From assembly GCA_964647665.1 (NCBI GenBank), contig CAZYIX010000001.1, forward strand, positions 115,606 through 179,605: DNA of 64,000 nucleotides, given 5' to 3'. Position 1 is the stretch's first letter. Each line of letters starts with the position of its first letter. The translations under genes and the position numbers were made by a program. Shown piece by piece: positions 8,605 through 17,879 of the stretch. This stretch comes from an uncultured Candidatus Poseidoniales archaeon (GTDB lineage Archaea; Thermoplasmatota; Poseidoniia; Poseidoniales; Thalassarchaeaceae). The notes below the pieces were generated by a model that did not search any database, was not told the DNA's origin, and saw nothing but the letters and a program-made list of their open reading frames with translations.

Positions 8605-9426
8605 TCAAGCCCAAGGGTCGAGATTGACGATATGGTCAACCAGAATGATGCGACTACCGGCATCATCAGCCGCCTGACTGGCTCGCTTGAGCATGCGTCG
8701 CATCCAACTGAGCATGAACAGGTTCTGCATCTGCCCCATCTTCTCGATGAATGTCGCCGGGTCCCCTCCGAGAATGCCTTTCTTCATCTCGTGATGGACC
8801 TCGTCAGCGTGGTCATAGTAGAGTAGAATCAACTCTTCCAGCGCATCTTCGTGGACTCGCTTGCCTCCTGCGAATGAGCGTGCCATCTGCCGCAGTGTCT
8901 GTGGTGTGAGAATCCCGCCGCCGCCCTCGTTGAGTGCACCAGCGACAGCGTCGTCCTCGGCTTCGGGTAGGCCAGACCCGGTGCCGGCTGATTCACCTGA
9001 ATTGTCAGTGCCACTCGCTCTACCAAGAGCCTCCAGAGCCTTGTCGAGATGTCGCGGTTTGATTGTGCCCACTCTTTCGACTGCGGCAATCTCTGAGGCG
9101 GAACGAAGCAGGTGAACAAGGAATGATTCGAGTTGCTCGTTGGCAGCGACTACTGCAGCCGCACCGACCGAATCCACATTGCGAATATTCTCGACCATCA
9201 TCCCTCGAGTACGGCTGAATCCGAGTCGAGTCCGTATCGGGTCGTCAAGCGTCTTGCGCCCGGGGTCATCGGCCAAGGTGGCATCCTCCATTTCACTGGT
9301 GACTTCTTCCAATCGTTCCTCAAGCAATTTGACGAGGGTTTCCTTCACTTCTCCGGAGATGCGGGACTCGATGCCCAACCCTGCCGCTACAGAAGCGAGA
9401 TGAGAAGTGGCCCACGGCTTCGCCAT
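8605..9426 (-). CDS. Histone-fold protein: tandem (doublet, possibly triplet) histone folds with Gly/acidic linker and C-terminal extension
   Basis: Residues ~10-70 and ~78-140 each align to the archaeal histone HMfB pattern (alpha1-L1-alpha2-L2 RKT/GTIK-alpha3), e.g. DDPGRKTLDDPIR and VGTIKPRHLDKALE. A third, weaker HF-like segment (~180-235) follows. Confidence 0.5.
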   Translation of the reverse strand: MAKPWATSHLASVAAGLGIESRISGEVKETLVKLLEERLEEVTSEMEDATLADDPGRKTLDDPIRTRLGFSRTRGMMVENIRNVDSVGAAAVVAANEQLESFLVHLLRSASEIAAVERVGTIKPRHLDKALEALGRASGTDNSGESAGTGSGLPEAEDDAVAGALNEGGGGILTPQTLRQMARSFAGGKRVHEDALEELILLYYDHADEVHHEMKKGILGGDPATFIEKMGQMQNLFMLSWMRRMLKRASQAADDAGSRIILVDHIVNLDPWA

Positions 9427-9491
9427 GGTCGGTCTTGAACATCGACGGGCTTTGAATCATTGCAGCATAACGCTTGGCGCCGCGAGTCAAC

Positions 9492-10790
9492 TCACCACTC
9501 GGTCCAGAGCGGGAAATCTTCACCGCTCGACAAGCAAGACATTCCGTCTTCTGTCCTGACCCAGCAGTCCTCGACTCCAATTGCTCCGTCAGGATGGATG
9601 ACTTTGGGCTCTATCGCCATGGTCCCGCCCACCTCAAGCGGCCGATTGAATGGTGCTGCGACCACCGGTGTCTCATCAAGTTCCAGCCCGATGCTATGGC
9701 CGAGGAAGGCCGCTTGGTCAACACCCATGCCCATCAGGTGTTCTCCGTGCCCCATCTGGGTGGCCAACTCGCTGCCTTCACCCCATGCAGTGCTGCAATC
9801 ATCACCTCGTCCGAGTGATTCGCGAACTGTCAGAGCGATCTCAACCATGTCAGCCAATCGCTCCTCCCAGACGGTGTCAAGCGGTCCTACACTGAACATT
9901 CTGGTCATGTCTGCCACATATCCTCGGTGAACATGCACGATGTCGACCAACACAGGCTCACCCGCTGCAATCCGCTTGAATCCGGCCCCAAGAGCCGCTA
10001 GAGGATGTGGGCCAGTCGCGCCGACTGCTGAATCGAAGAAAGTCGGAACCGCGCCGGCGCGACCGCTGGCAATCACCACGCGCTCACAATCCATCGGCCA
10101 CTTTCGCATCCGAATATGACCGGCGAATCCGGCAGCTCGGCTCACCTCGTCGGCCGCCGCTGCCAACTCCAGTTCTGAAACGCCCTCGCAGCCCATCGCA
10201 TCGATGGCCTCGAACATCCAGCGCTGAACCTCTCCGGATTCGCGCATCCGTTCAATTTCCCAATCCGATTTGACTTCACGCAAATCCCACAGCAGGCTTG
10301 TGCAGTCTTCACCGCCTCCGCCCAACTCAGCGAGCATCGAGGCGACAAATGTAGCATCACTCGCCGGCATTCTGCCTAATTGCAAGGCCGGCGCACCACT
10401 AGCCCCAAGCGCACGCAGTTCCCCTGCTAGAGCCTTCATTTTTGGATGAGCAACCAACTGGTGAGGTGCATCATCGCCGCCCGCCTCAAACCTCGCCCTT
10501 TCCAGCGAAGCCCGCACGAATTGCGTCACTTCACCACCAGCATCCTCGGCAGGAACCCACAATCCTCCATTCTGACGATTGCCAGCGAGCCAGTACATGT
10601 CGACAGGGTCGTTTACCCACGCTCCAGCTAATCCAGCCGAACGCAGAGCGGCACGGAAGGAATGCTGTCGCGCCTGCAACTCGCTGACCGGCACCCGCCA
10701 GTCATCCCCATCCGGACCAGCCAGAGGCCCTGTGTCCCACTGCATGTGACTCGCACTCCGGTTGATATGGTGGACTTTGCGGCCGCTCAA
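9492..10790 (-). CDS. M24-family metallopeptidase (Xaa-Pro aminopeptidase/prolidase-like)
   Basis: Creatinase/prolidase N-domain followed by a pita-bread domain, with HSIGLELDE and GGTMAIEPKV...GVEDCWVRTEDG metal-ligand motifs. TTG start per track. Confidence 0.8.
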   Translation of the reverse strand: MSGRKVHHINRSASHMQWDTGPLAGPDGDDWRVPVSELQARQHSFRAALRSAGLAGAWVNDPVDMYWLAGNRQNGGLWVPAEDAGGEVTQFVRASLERARFEAGGDDAPHQLVAHPKMKALAGELRALGASGAPALQLGRMPASDATFVASMLAELGGGGEDCTSLLWDLREVKSDWEIERMRESGEVQRWMFEAIDAMGCEGVSELELAAAADEVSRAAGFAGHIRMRKWPMDCERVVIASGRAGAVPTFFDSAVGATGPHPLAALGAGFKRIAAGEPVLVDIVHVHRGYVADMTRMFSVGPLDTVWEERLADMVEIALTVRESLGRGDDCSTAWGEGSELATQMGHGEHLMGMGVDQAAFLGHSIGLELDETPVVAAPFNRPLEVGGTMAIEPKVIHPDGAIGVEDCWVRTEDGMSCLSSGEDFPLWTEW

Positions 10791-11779
10791 GAATCGTTTG
10801 ATAACCGCTCATTTGCCATCTCAACGTATTCAGGATTGATGTCGTAACCGATGTACTGACGGCCATTTCTTTTCGCTGCAAGTGCGGTGGTCCCACTACC
10901 CATGAACGGGTCGAGAACGATGTCGCCGGTGAATGAATACATCTCGATGCACCGGCGCGGCAATTCCACTGGGAACGGCGCGGGATGACCAACCCGATTT
11001 GCACTCGCGGTGGGGAACGACCAGATCGACTTGGTCCACTCCATGAAATCCTGTTTTTCCATGGTATCGCTTCGCTCGACTCTCTCTGCTTTTTCGCGTG
11101 GTTTACGATACTGACCTTTGCTCGCGATGAGGATGTACTCATGCACGTCACGCAAGTGTGGATTAGATGCGGAATTGAATGAACCCCAGGCGCAGGATAT
11201 ACCGGCAGTTGTCGACTTGTTCCAGATGACTTCACCCCGTGGGAGGAACCCCATCTCAAAGACCAGAGTGTTGACGTATGATGCCATAGGAATGTACGGT
11301 TTTCGACCTAGATTAGCCACGTTGATGCATATTCTTCCGCCCGGAGCAAGCACCCGGTAACATTCGCTTAATACATCGTTTATCAGGCCAAGATACTCAG
11401 CAAGATTCATGTCATCATCATACAACTTGTTTGCGTTGTACGGCGGGCTAGTCACCACCAAATCCACTGAGTTATCTGGAATCGCATCCATCGCCCGCGC
11501 ATCGCCTTGAATGAAGGTGTCCAGCAATTCTTCCGGGAATGGTTGTCTTTCTCCCACGTCACTTTCAGAGGGCAGGCCATCGTAGAGCCTTGAGCCGTGG
11601 AATATTGTCGAGTCGTGGCAGGTGCGTCTGCTCGCTCCAAAAGCCCGAGTTTGGGTGGCATCGCGGATGTATGTGCGTTGTTCGGAGGAACCATTTGAGC
11701 CGCCACTTGGGATAGCTTCGACGTCACCATCACTCATCGAATCTGCTGTAGAGAAATCGTCCGGTTCCTGTCCAGTCAT
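10787..11779 (-). CDS. DNA methyltransferase, beta-class N4-cytosine/N6-adenine (SPPY motif)
   Basis: VDLVVTSPPYN (motif IV) precedes FMGSGTTALAAKRNGRQYIGYDINPEYVEMANERL (motif I and ParB-less C-terminus), the permuted order typical of beta-class amino-MTases. A ~95-aa N-terminal extension may not be translated. Confidence 0.8.
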   Translation of the reverse strand: MTGQEPDDFSTADSMSDGDVEAIPSGGSNGSSEQRTYIRDATQTRAFGASRRTCHDSTIFHGSRLYDGLPSESDVGERQPFPEELLDTFIQGDARAMDAIPDNSVDLVVTSPPYNANKLYDDDMNLAEYLGLINDVLSECYRVLAPGGRICINVANLGRKPYIPMASYVNTLVFEMGFLPRGEVIWNKSTTAGISCAWGSFNSASNPHLRDVHEYILIASKGQYRKPREKAERVERSDTMEKQDFMEWTKSIWSFPTASANRVGHPAPFPVELPRRCIEMYSFTGDIVLDPFMGSGTTALAAKRNGRQYIGYDINPEYVEMANERLSNDS

Positions 11780-11924
11780 GAGCGCGCAGCGCTCAGCATC
11801 TCGTAATGAGACCTTCCCCCTTTGCCTACCTCAATACGCGCGTTGAGACAGCAGCAGAATGTGGCCGTCTGCATCTACAAAGTAAGCCGACAGGCCAATA
11901 ACCGGCCCTCAAGTCGGAGAACCG

Positions 11925-13187
11925 ATGGGGTCCATTCTGACCCTGAACGACGTGCGGCTCACCGGTCGCCGTGTGTTGCTTCGTCTCGATGTCAATTCGC
12001 CATTGGACCCGGCGACCAAAGAATTCCTTGATGATACAAGATTCCGGGCAGCATTGCCAACTCTGCGCCGTCTCGCCGATGCACAGGTGATTATCCTCGC
12101 TCATCAGAGTAGGCCGAACCGGGTTGACTTTACCACAATGGAGAGACATGCTGACCGATTGTCAAGGCTGCTCGGACGTGAGATTACCTACATTCCAGAT
12201 GTCTGTGGAGAGGTGGCGCAGAATGCCATTCGCAATATGCAGCAGGGAGATATGTTATTCTTCGATAATGTGCGAAGACACCCCGATGAAATGGCTATGA
12301 AAAAGGCCGGTCCAGAGGAGTTGAGTGCGAGCGAGATAGTTAGCAACCTTGCGCCACTAGTGGACGCTTACGTGACAGACGCGTTTGCCGCCGCTCACCG
12401 CAAGAGTCCGACCCTTTGCGGATTTGGCCCTGTTCTTCCTTGCATCGCTGGCGAGTTGATGGCCACCGAGGTGCTTGCTCTGAAGAAGGCGGTTGAGAAT
12501 CCACCTAAACCCTACACAGTGGTGCTCGGCGGTGTGAAGTGTGACGATTCTCTAGAGATTGCTACTCACCTAGCCAGTCTTGACCTCGCTGACCACATCG
12601 TGCCTGTTGGTGCTGTTGGCAATCTGATGCTTTGGGCATCGGGAATCGATATCGGCCCCTTAAACAAGGATTTCCTCCGCAATGAACTCGGAAACGACTT
12701 CGAAGACACTTGGGTGATGGCGAATGCTCTCATCGAACACCATTCCGAGCGATTGCTGCTTCCAATAGACGTCGCCGCTGAGATTGATGGCTCCCGAGTC
12801 GACGTTGATGTGGGAGAATTGCCGGTTGACGGCCCACTTCTCGACATTGGACTTGGGACATTGATGCACATGCAATCGGCAATCATGGACGTTGGCTGCG
12901 TAGTGTGGAACGGTCCAGCAGGTTACTTCGAAAACCCAGATTTCGCCTTCGGCACCATTGAGATTCTCAACCAGTGTTGTGAGAGCGATGCTTTCGTCAT
13001 CATTGGCGGTGGCCACACCAGCAGTCTGGTATCGGAGCGCAAAGTGGAGCATTTGGTTAGCCATTCATCGACCGGTGGTGGTGCTTGCCTCACAATGCTA
13101 GCAGGCAAACCGATGCCTGGCATTTCCGCGTTGGAAGTCAGTGCAAGGTTATTCAGCGATTCTCTGGGAGACCTCGCGTCACGCTGA
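11925..13187 (+). CDS. pgk: Phosphoglycerate kinase (archaeal type)
   Basis: 420 aa; NSPLD near the N-terminus, a hinge-region Gly-rich segment and the C-terminal IIGGGHTSSLV nucleotide-binding motif. Confidence 0.85.
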   Translation: MGSILTLNDVRLTGRRVLLRLDVNSPLDPATKEFLDDTRFRAALPTLRRLADAQVIILAHQSRPNRVDFTTMERHADRLSRLLGREITYIPDVCGEVAQNAIRNMQQGDMLFFDNVRRHPDEMAMKKAGPEELSASEIVSNLAPLVDAYVTDAFAAAHRKSPTLCGFGPVLPCIAGELMATEVLALKKAVENPPKPYTVVLGGVKCDDSLEIATHLASLDLADHIVPVGAVGNLMLWASGIDIGPLNKDFLRNELGNDFEDTWVMANALIEHHSERLLLPIDVAAEIDGSRVDVDVGELPVDGPLLDIGLGTLMHMQSAIMDVGCVVWNGPAGYFENPDFAFGTIEILNQCCESDAFVIIGGGHTSSLVSERKVEHLVSHSSTGGGACLTMLAGKPMPGISALEVSARLFSDSLGDLASR

Positions 13188-13245
13188 GACAGGCCCTGAG
13201 TGCTCCGATTCCCTTATGCGGAAGCGATTGGTGGTAGCGTTCACT

Positions 13246-13321
13246 GCCACTGTGGCTTAGTTGGTAGAGCACCTGATTCGTAATCAGGCGGTCGGGAGTT
13301 CGAATCTCCCCAGTGGCTCCA
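13246..13321 (+). tRNA. tRNA-Thr (anticodon CGU), CCA encoded
   Basis: Cloverleaf read directly: acceptor GCCACTG/CAGTGGC (7 bp). D-arm GGCT-TAGTTGGTAG-AGCA. Anticodon stem CCTGA/TCAGG with loop TTCGTAA. T-arm GGGAG-TTCGAAT-CTCCC. Discriminator U plus CCA. Confidence 0.85.
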
Positions 13322-13355
13322 ACTCATTGAAGTCGAGAATACGTGTGGGCGAGGC

Positions 13356-14129
13356 ATGGACCTGTCAGGCCTACGTGGCAATCCAATGGTTCGACAAGCC
13401 TTGGGGGACTCCTTCCCCGCTTCTCCTTCAGTCACAATCCGCCTTGCTCGCGAGGCGGGTGTGGATGAGAATAGCCACGTATTGCACCTGATGGGTGGAG
13501 TTGGCACAGTTTGTCTGATGTTGGCCGAGGAGTTGGGTTGCAAGGCGACTGGATTGCTGATGCATGACATGGCGCTTGAACACGCACAAGAGCACCTTGA
13601 ACGACCAGTCGGCGAGCGACTGACATTCGTGGTCGCGCCGCCTCACGCTCCACCATTCGAGCCCGGCTCATTCAGCCATGTTCTCATCGAGTCGCGCACC
13701 CCGTTGATGCGGGACCTTGTCGGCTTGCTGAGCGTGGCGAAATTGATGCTTGCACCCGGCGGCAGCTTGATTCTCAATGACGCGGTCATCGCGCCGGACG
13801 CACAACTTCCTGAAACCATGCAAATGATGATTGGAGAGATTGGCTCACAGAATTTCGCACTGCGTGAGGCATCAGAAATCACTGCGGCATTAGGGGCAGT
13901 TGGATTTTCATTCATTGAAGAAAACCACGAACCGGATGTCACCGACCGCATCCTCGCAAAACTGAATCAGGTCGGTGGCCTACTCGGTCTTGCCCTCAAG
14001 ATGGCGAGGTTCAATCCACAGGATCACGGCTTGAATTTCACTACCCAAGACATCGTGACTTCGTTCAAGGAGACTCAGCAGGCACTCTCGGATGGAACAT
14101 TTCTCTGGTATTCTTGGCGTTGTTCTTGA
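13356..14129 (+). CDS. Class I SAM-dependent methyltransferase (small-molecule/unknown substrate)
   Basis: VLHLMGGVGTV Gly-rich motif I and downstream acidic residue, consistent with the Rossmann MTase fold. No DNA-MTase motifs. Confidence 0.45.
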   Translation: MDLSGLRGNPMVRQALGDSFPASPSVTIRLAREAGVDENSHVLHLMGGVGTVCLMLAEELGCKATGLLMHDMALEHAQEHLERPVGERLTFVVAPPHAPPFEPGSFSHVLIESRTPLMRDLVGLLSVAKLMLAPGGSLILNDAVIAPDAQLPETMQMMIGEIGSQNFALREASEITAALGAVGFSFIEENHEPDVTDRILAKLNQVGGLLGLALKMARFNPQDHGLNFTTQDIVTSFKETQQALSDGTFLWYSWRCS

Positions 14130-14174
14130 AAATAGAGCGGAACATTGTATGGCTGTCTAGTTCACTGACCCCCC

Positions 14175-14531
14175 GTGGACTGGTACAGTTTGGTCGTCAA
14201 GGTACTCATCACTGCGGTGCTGATTGCTGCAATTGTCGAGTTGGCTGAAAGGAGCACAATGGCGGCTGCAATTCTCGCTTCCATACCTACGGTTTCTGTT
14301 ATCGCTCTTATCTGGATGAATCACGACGGCGCTGAATCAACTGAAATCGCTGGCTTCGCAAGAGGTGTGTTGTGGATGATTCTTCCCTCGCTGACCCTGT
14401 TCCTGCTATTCCCATTCCTAATCGAAAAGGGATTCTCGTTCTACCCGAGTTTGATGGTAGGAACTGCCGCTACCATCGTTGCTTACTTCGTGATGCTGAG
14501 GGTGATGGAGCATTTCGACGTTACAATCTAA
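14175..14531 (+). CDS. Small integral membrane protein (3-4 TM), hypothetical
   Basis: 118-aa ORF dominated by hydrophobic helices with good codon structure; no known motif recognised. Confidence 0.4.
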   Translation: MDWYSLVVKVLITAVLIAAIVELAERSTMAAAILASIPTVSVIALIWMNHDGAESTEIAGFARGVLWMILPSLTLFLLFPFLIEKGFSFYPSLMVGTAATIVAYFVMLRVMEHFDVTI

Positions 14532-14532
14532 C

Positions 14533-16071
14533 TCAAGCCAACTGAAATTGCATCAGGTCGATGATATCGCCGATTCGCGCCTCAACGTCGGTTTTGATGG
14601 CGATGAGCGCCCGTTCATGAATCGCCTCAGCACGCATCACTAGAATCGGCTCAGTATTGGAAGGTCGGCACAGGAACCAGCCCTCTGGATAGGAGACTCG
14701 AATCCCGTCAACTGTGATGCTATCCATGTCCGAATAGGCTGCGAGTACCGCATCCATGGTCGCCTCGCGCTCACCGGTTAGCGGAACTTTCGCTTCACCT
14801 GTCGAGGAGTAGGTGGGAATGCCATCGAATAGAGCGGAGAAGGCGGGACCACCATCGGTTGGGCTGGGATTTCTACTGACCAACTCAAGCAAGCGGGCGA
14901 TAGCGTACAGAGCATCGTCAAAGCCGTTCCAATCATCGTTGAAGAAGAAATGACCACTCATCTCGCCCGCCAGCGGAACTTGCGGCTTTTCTCGCAGTGC
15001 CTGTTTGAGGAATGAATGTCCGGTTCGCATCATGTGAGGGATTCCCCCGGCATCACGGATGGTATTTTCAAGAGCCATACTGCATTTGACATCGTGAATG
15101 ACGGTGCGCTGCTCATCGGTTAATTCGACTCCAGCCGCAGCCGCTTTGGCGTGGCTTTTGTTGAGCACATCGCGAGCGAATACAGCGAGCAGTCTGTCTG
15201 GATGAATGAAAACACCATTTTCATCGACCACAGCTATGCGGTCACCATCACCATCGATACCAATTCCGAACTCAGCACCATTTTCGGTGACCGCTGCAGC
15301 CAAATGCTGCATATTTTCTGGTCGAGTCGGGTCAGGAGGATGGTTTGGGAAGGAAGCATCCCACTCACAAAATAGTGGAATAGCATCGACTCCCATGCGC
15401 TCGCACATTTGTACAACAAATGGTCCGGGGACTGCGTTTGCCGCATCGATTACCACGCGCACCTGACGCGCACAACCCCCACTTTTCTCAATAACAAAAT
15501 CAATGTGCGAATCGGTGAACCCTGCTTCCTCAATCACCTTGCCGTCGGCATCTGAAACATCATCCGAGTCGTCGTCACTAGGACCCGGATACGAAAATCG
15601 GAACCGCCCTTCTTCAAACACATCTCGTAATTGCTGAATCTCATCACCAGCCATCGCTGCAGTTCCTCGACACATCTTGAAGCCGTTATACTCGGGAGGA
15701 TTGTGACTGGCGGTAATCATCACACCACCATCCACCTCTAGAGAAGCAGTAGCATGGTATAGCGCCCCAGTGGTGCAGATACCGAGATCCACCACATCAC
15801 ATCCAGCCGCACAAAGTCCAGCGAGGAAGGCTGGATGCAACTCATCACCAGAGGTGCGAATGTCACGACCGACCGCGAGCCGAGAAGCATCGAGGAAAGA
15901 GGCGAGAGCCCAACCGAGCCGTTCAGCGAATGCGACGTCTAACTCACTGCCCGCAATGCCCCGAATATCGTAGGCCTTGAAACAGTGGAGAGCCCACTCT
16001 TTGCCCTCTCCCATGCCACTGCGGGAACGACGATTGCTCAAAGCCCCTGCGGAGCCCGGTCGGGTATTCAC
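14533..16071 (-). CDS. Phosphoglucomutase/phosphomannomutase (alpha-D-phosphohexomutase)
   Basis: Active-site TASHNPPEYNGFK (phosphoserine loop) and GIGIDGDGDRIAVVD Mg-binding motif. The true start may be the internal M at MGEGKEWALHCFKAYDIRG. Confidence 0.85.
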   Translation of the reverse strand: MNTRPGSAGALSNRRSRSGMGEGKEWALHCFKAYDIRGIAGSELDVAFAERLGWALASFLDASRLAVGRDIRTSGDELHPAFLAGLCAAGCDVVDLGICTTGALYHATASLEVDGGVMITASHNPPEYNGFKMCRGTAAMAGDEIQQLRDVFEEGRFRFSYPGPSDDDSDDVSDADGKVIEEAGFTDSHIDFVIEKSGGCARQVRVVIDAANAVPGPFVVQMCERMGVDAIPLFCEWDASFPNHPPDPTRPENMQHLAAAVTENGAEFGIGIDGDGDRIAVVDENGVFIHPDRLLAVFARDVLNKSHAKAAAAGVELTDEQRTVIHDVKCSMALENTIRDAGGIPHMMRTGHSFLKQALREKPQVPLAGEMSGHFFFNDDWNGFDDALYAIARLLELVSRNPSPTDGGPAFSALFDGIPTYSSTGEAKVPLTGEREATMDAVLAAYSDMDSITVDGIRVSYPEGWFLCRPSNTEPILVMRAEAIHERALIAIKTDVEARIGDIIDLMQFQLA

Positions 16072-16286
16072 TCCACTCGCTGTTCATCTGCAAAAAGTGA
16101 GAAGTTGGTTTGACCTAGGCCCAAACCACCAAGTGGAAGTAGGCAACAGAGCATCCCGAATTTGTATCCCAGCGACCATAGCGCAGCGGAAATTCCTGCG
16201 GTAGCCAGTAGCACTACTACAAGCACCACCCAACGATTCGCATTCATTCGACATCGCCCTCTCCTTCGGCAACTCGTGTAGTCCAC
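16068..16286 (-). CDS. Small membrane protein, hypothetical
   Basis: 72-aa ORF with one to two TM helices, overlapping the phosphohexomutase start by 4 nt; weak support. Confidence 0.3.
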   Translation of the reverse strand: MDYTSCRRRGRCRMNANRWVVLVVVLLATAGISAALWSLGYKFGMLCCLLPLGGLGLGQTNFSLFADEQRVE

Positions 16287-16480
16287 ACGTAGAAGCCAAT
16301 CAAGGCTACAAAATCAATCCCCAGAATCAGGTAGATCAACCAGCGCCAATCGGGGAACTGAGTCCATACCCAAGTGCCAACAAAAACCTCGAAAATGAAG
16401 ATGAAAAGCAGAATCCGCATTAGTTGTGGCCAAGTCATCAACCCCGGGGGTTCCTCATCGAGATAGGGTGAACCCGGCAC
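16244..16480 (-). CDS. Small membrane protein (2 TM), hypothetical
   Basis: 78-aa ORF with two clear hydrophobic helices (ILLFIFIFEVFVGTWVW / LIYLILGIDFVALIGFYVW), directly downstream of ridA on the same strand. Confidence 0.35.
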   Translation of the reverse strand: MPGSPYLDEEPPGLMTWPQLMRILLFIFIFEVFVGTWVWTQFPDWRWLIYLILGIDFVALIGFYVWTTRVAEGEGDVE

Positions 16481-16495
16481 AAACTCACCTCATCA

Positions 16496-16870
16496 TCAGC
16501 AGTTCTCATCGATTGCTTGCACAACGATCTCAACCTTTGCTGCTCGTGGCAATGCCGCTACTTCAAACGCCGCGCGTGCGGGAGGAATCGGAGTATCACC
16601 CAACCATTCAGCGTAAACTTCGTTCATGTCAGCGAAGTCGTTGATATCGTCCAGCAACACCTGCGCGAAGCAGACTTCGTGTTTGGAGACGCCAGCCGCA
16701 GCGAGTAGAGCGTCTATTTTTGCAAGGCACTCTCTGGTCTGAGATTGAATGTCATCACCTGCTTCCGGGGCGATTTGTCCAGCCAACCAAATGATTCCAT
16801 ACGCCTTCACTCCGGGGGAGTATGGCCCGTAGGTCTCGCTGCCTTCGACTTCAATGCGTTCCTTCGCCAT
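16496..16870 (-). CDS. ridA: RidA/YjgF/TdcF-family reactive enamine/imine deaminase
   Basis: 124 aa; GPYSPGVKA...IWLAGQIA N-terminal signature and conserved C-terminal region of the YjgF family. Confidence 0.8.
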   Translation of the reverse strand: MAKERIEVEGSETYGPYSPGVKAYGIIWLAGQIAPEAGDDIQSQTRECLAKIDALLAAAGVSKHEVCFAQVLLDDINDFADMNEVYAEWLGDTPIPPARAAFEVAALPRAAKVEIVVQAIDENC

Positions 16871-16937
16871 GAGACTCCGATGATGAGCGAGGGTAATCAG
16901 CCGTTCGCTTGATGCGTTCGTCCGTTATCGCCGGACC

Positions 16938-17879
16938 ATGCGCACCTGCTGGGTCATCGACCATCCGGCGCATTTCCAGTTGTTTGCTCCATGGATTCGG
17001 GCCGGTGATGAGGAGGATGTTCTCATCGTTGCTGAGCGCGATGAACTTGATTTGATGCTAGAAAATGCGCCGTTGCCAGAGCGTGAGGTGATTCGGGTAC
17101 CGCGCCCGGTCGGTCGAGCAGCTTTCATCCGGGCGCATGAGAGAATGGACACAGTTCGCAGTGGGCTTCGCAAAAAGGGCATTGAGAGGATTATCGTCAA
17201 AGGTGCATCGCTTGAGTTGCGAGTGGCAAAACGTCTCGGAATTGCTGAGCGGTGGTATCTGTCTGATACAGAATCCAACTCGTTGGCACATCGCCTCGCC
17301 AAAGGCTCAGCCACCGATGTCGTGCTGCCGCTGAATTGGCTTGGCGGCCCGGTCGCTGCTGCAGCACGTCAGCACAGATATCCCGGCATTCTGCCGCACG
17401 CTTACCTGCAACCTCGAGAGCGATTCGAGAAATCGTCGGTTAAGCGAGAGAATCGCCGCCTGCCGTTGGTATTCCGTCGAGATTTGCTCGGCGGCGGCAT
17501 TCACGACCGCAACGAGGTGGTGGACTACTCGGACCTAGCCGACCGCCTGCTCGTTGATTTCCACTCGGTCGGCGAGGGTGAGGCCGGAGATTGGGATTTG
17601 CCAGCGCGACTAGTCCAGTACGATGGAGTCCTCACCGGCTCGACCACGCTAGCAGCCGAGGCCGCCTGCCAAGGAGTACCGACTTTGCTCATCAGCCGCG
17701 CCCAGCGAGGCTTCCTGACCGGATTACCAGCGTTATACCTCGATAATCAGGCCAAACAGTGGTTTGCATCCCTCGATTCAGAACACATGATTCCCGAGCG
17801 ATGGCCGGATACTCTCACAACTCTGGAGGCTCTGTGGGGCCCGACTCAACTCAGCCAATCGCGAAGGATGTCGGTGTGA
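16938..17879 (+). CDS. DUF354-family protein (GT-B glycosyltransferase/epimerase-like fold)
   Basis: 313 aa. The N-terminus IDHPAHFQLFAPWI resembles the DUF354 start (I.ITNSPHVHFF). Weak; from memory. Confidence 0.4.
   Translation: MRTCWVIDHPAHFQLFAPWIRAGDEEDVLIVAERDELDLMLENAPLPEREVIRVPRPVGRAAFIRAHERMDTVRSGLRKKGIERIIVKGASLELRVAKRLGIAERWYLSDTESNSLAHRLAKGSATDVVLPLNWLGGPVAAAARQHRYPGILPHAYLQPRERFEKSSVKRENRRLPLVFRRDLLGGGIHDRNEVVDYSDLADRLLVDFHSVGEGEAGDWDLPARLVQYDGVLTGSTTLAAEAACQGVPTLLISRAQRGFLTGLPALYLDNQAKQWFASLDSEHMIPERWPDTLTTLEALWGPTQLSQSRRMSV

Noticed and set aside
10700-11800. Search for a restriction endonuclease or specificity subunit partner of the SPPY methyltransferase
   Set aside because: The flanking ORFs are confidently an M24 peptidase and phosphoglycerate kinase. 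No additional unassigned ORF of adequate size exists between them.
13241-13570. ORFs 13241..13570 (-) and 13261..13491 (+) overlapping tRNA-Thr
   Set aside because: The region folds into a canonical tRNA cloverleaf with CCA. The ORF translations are featureless and overlap the well-supported methyltransferase gene start.
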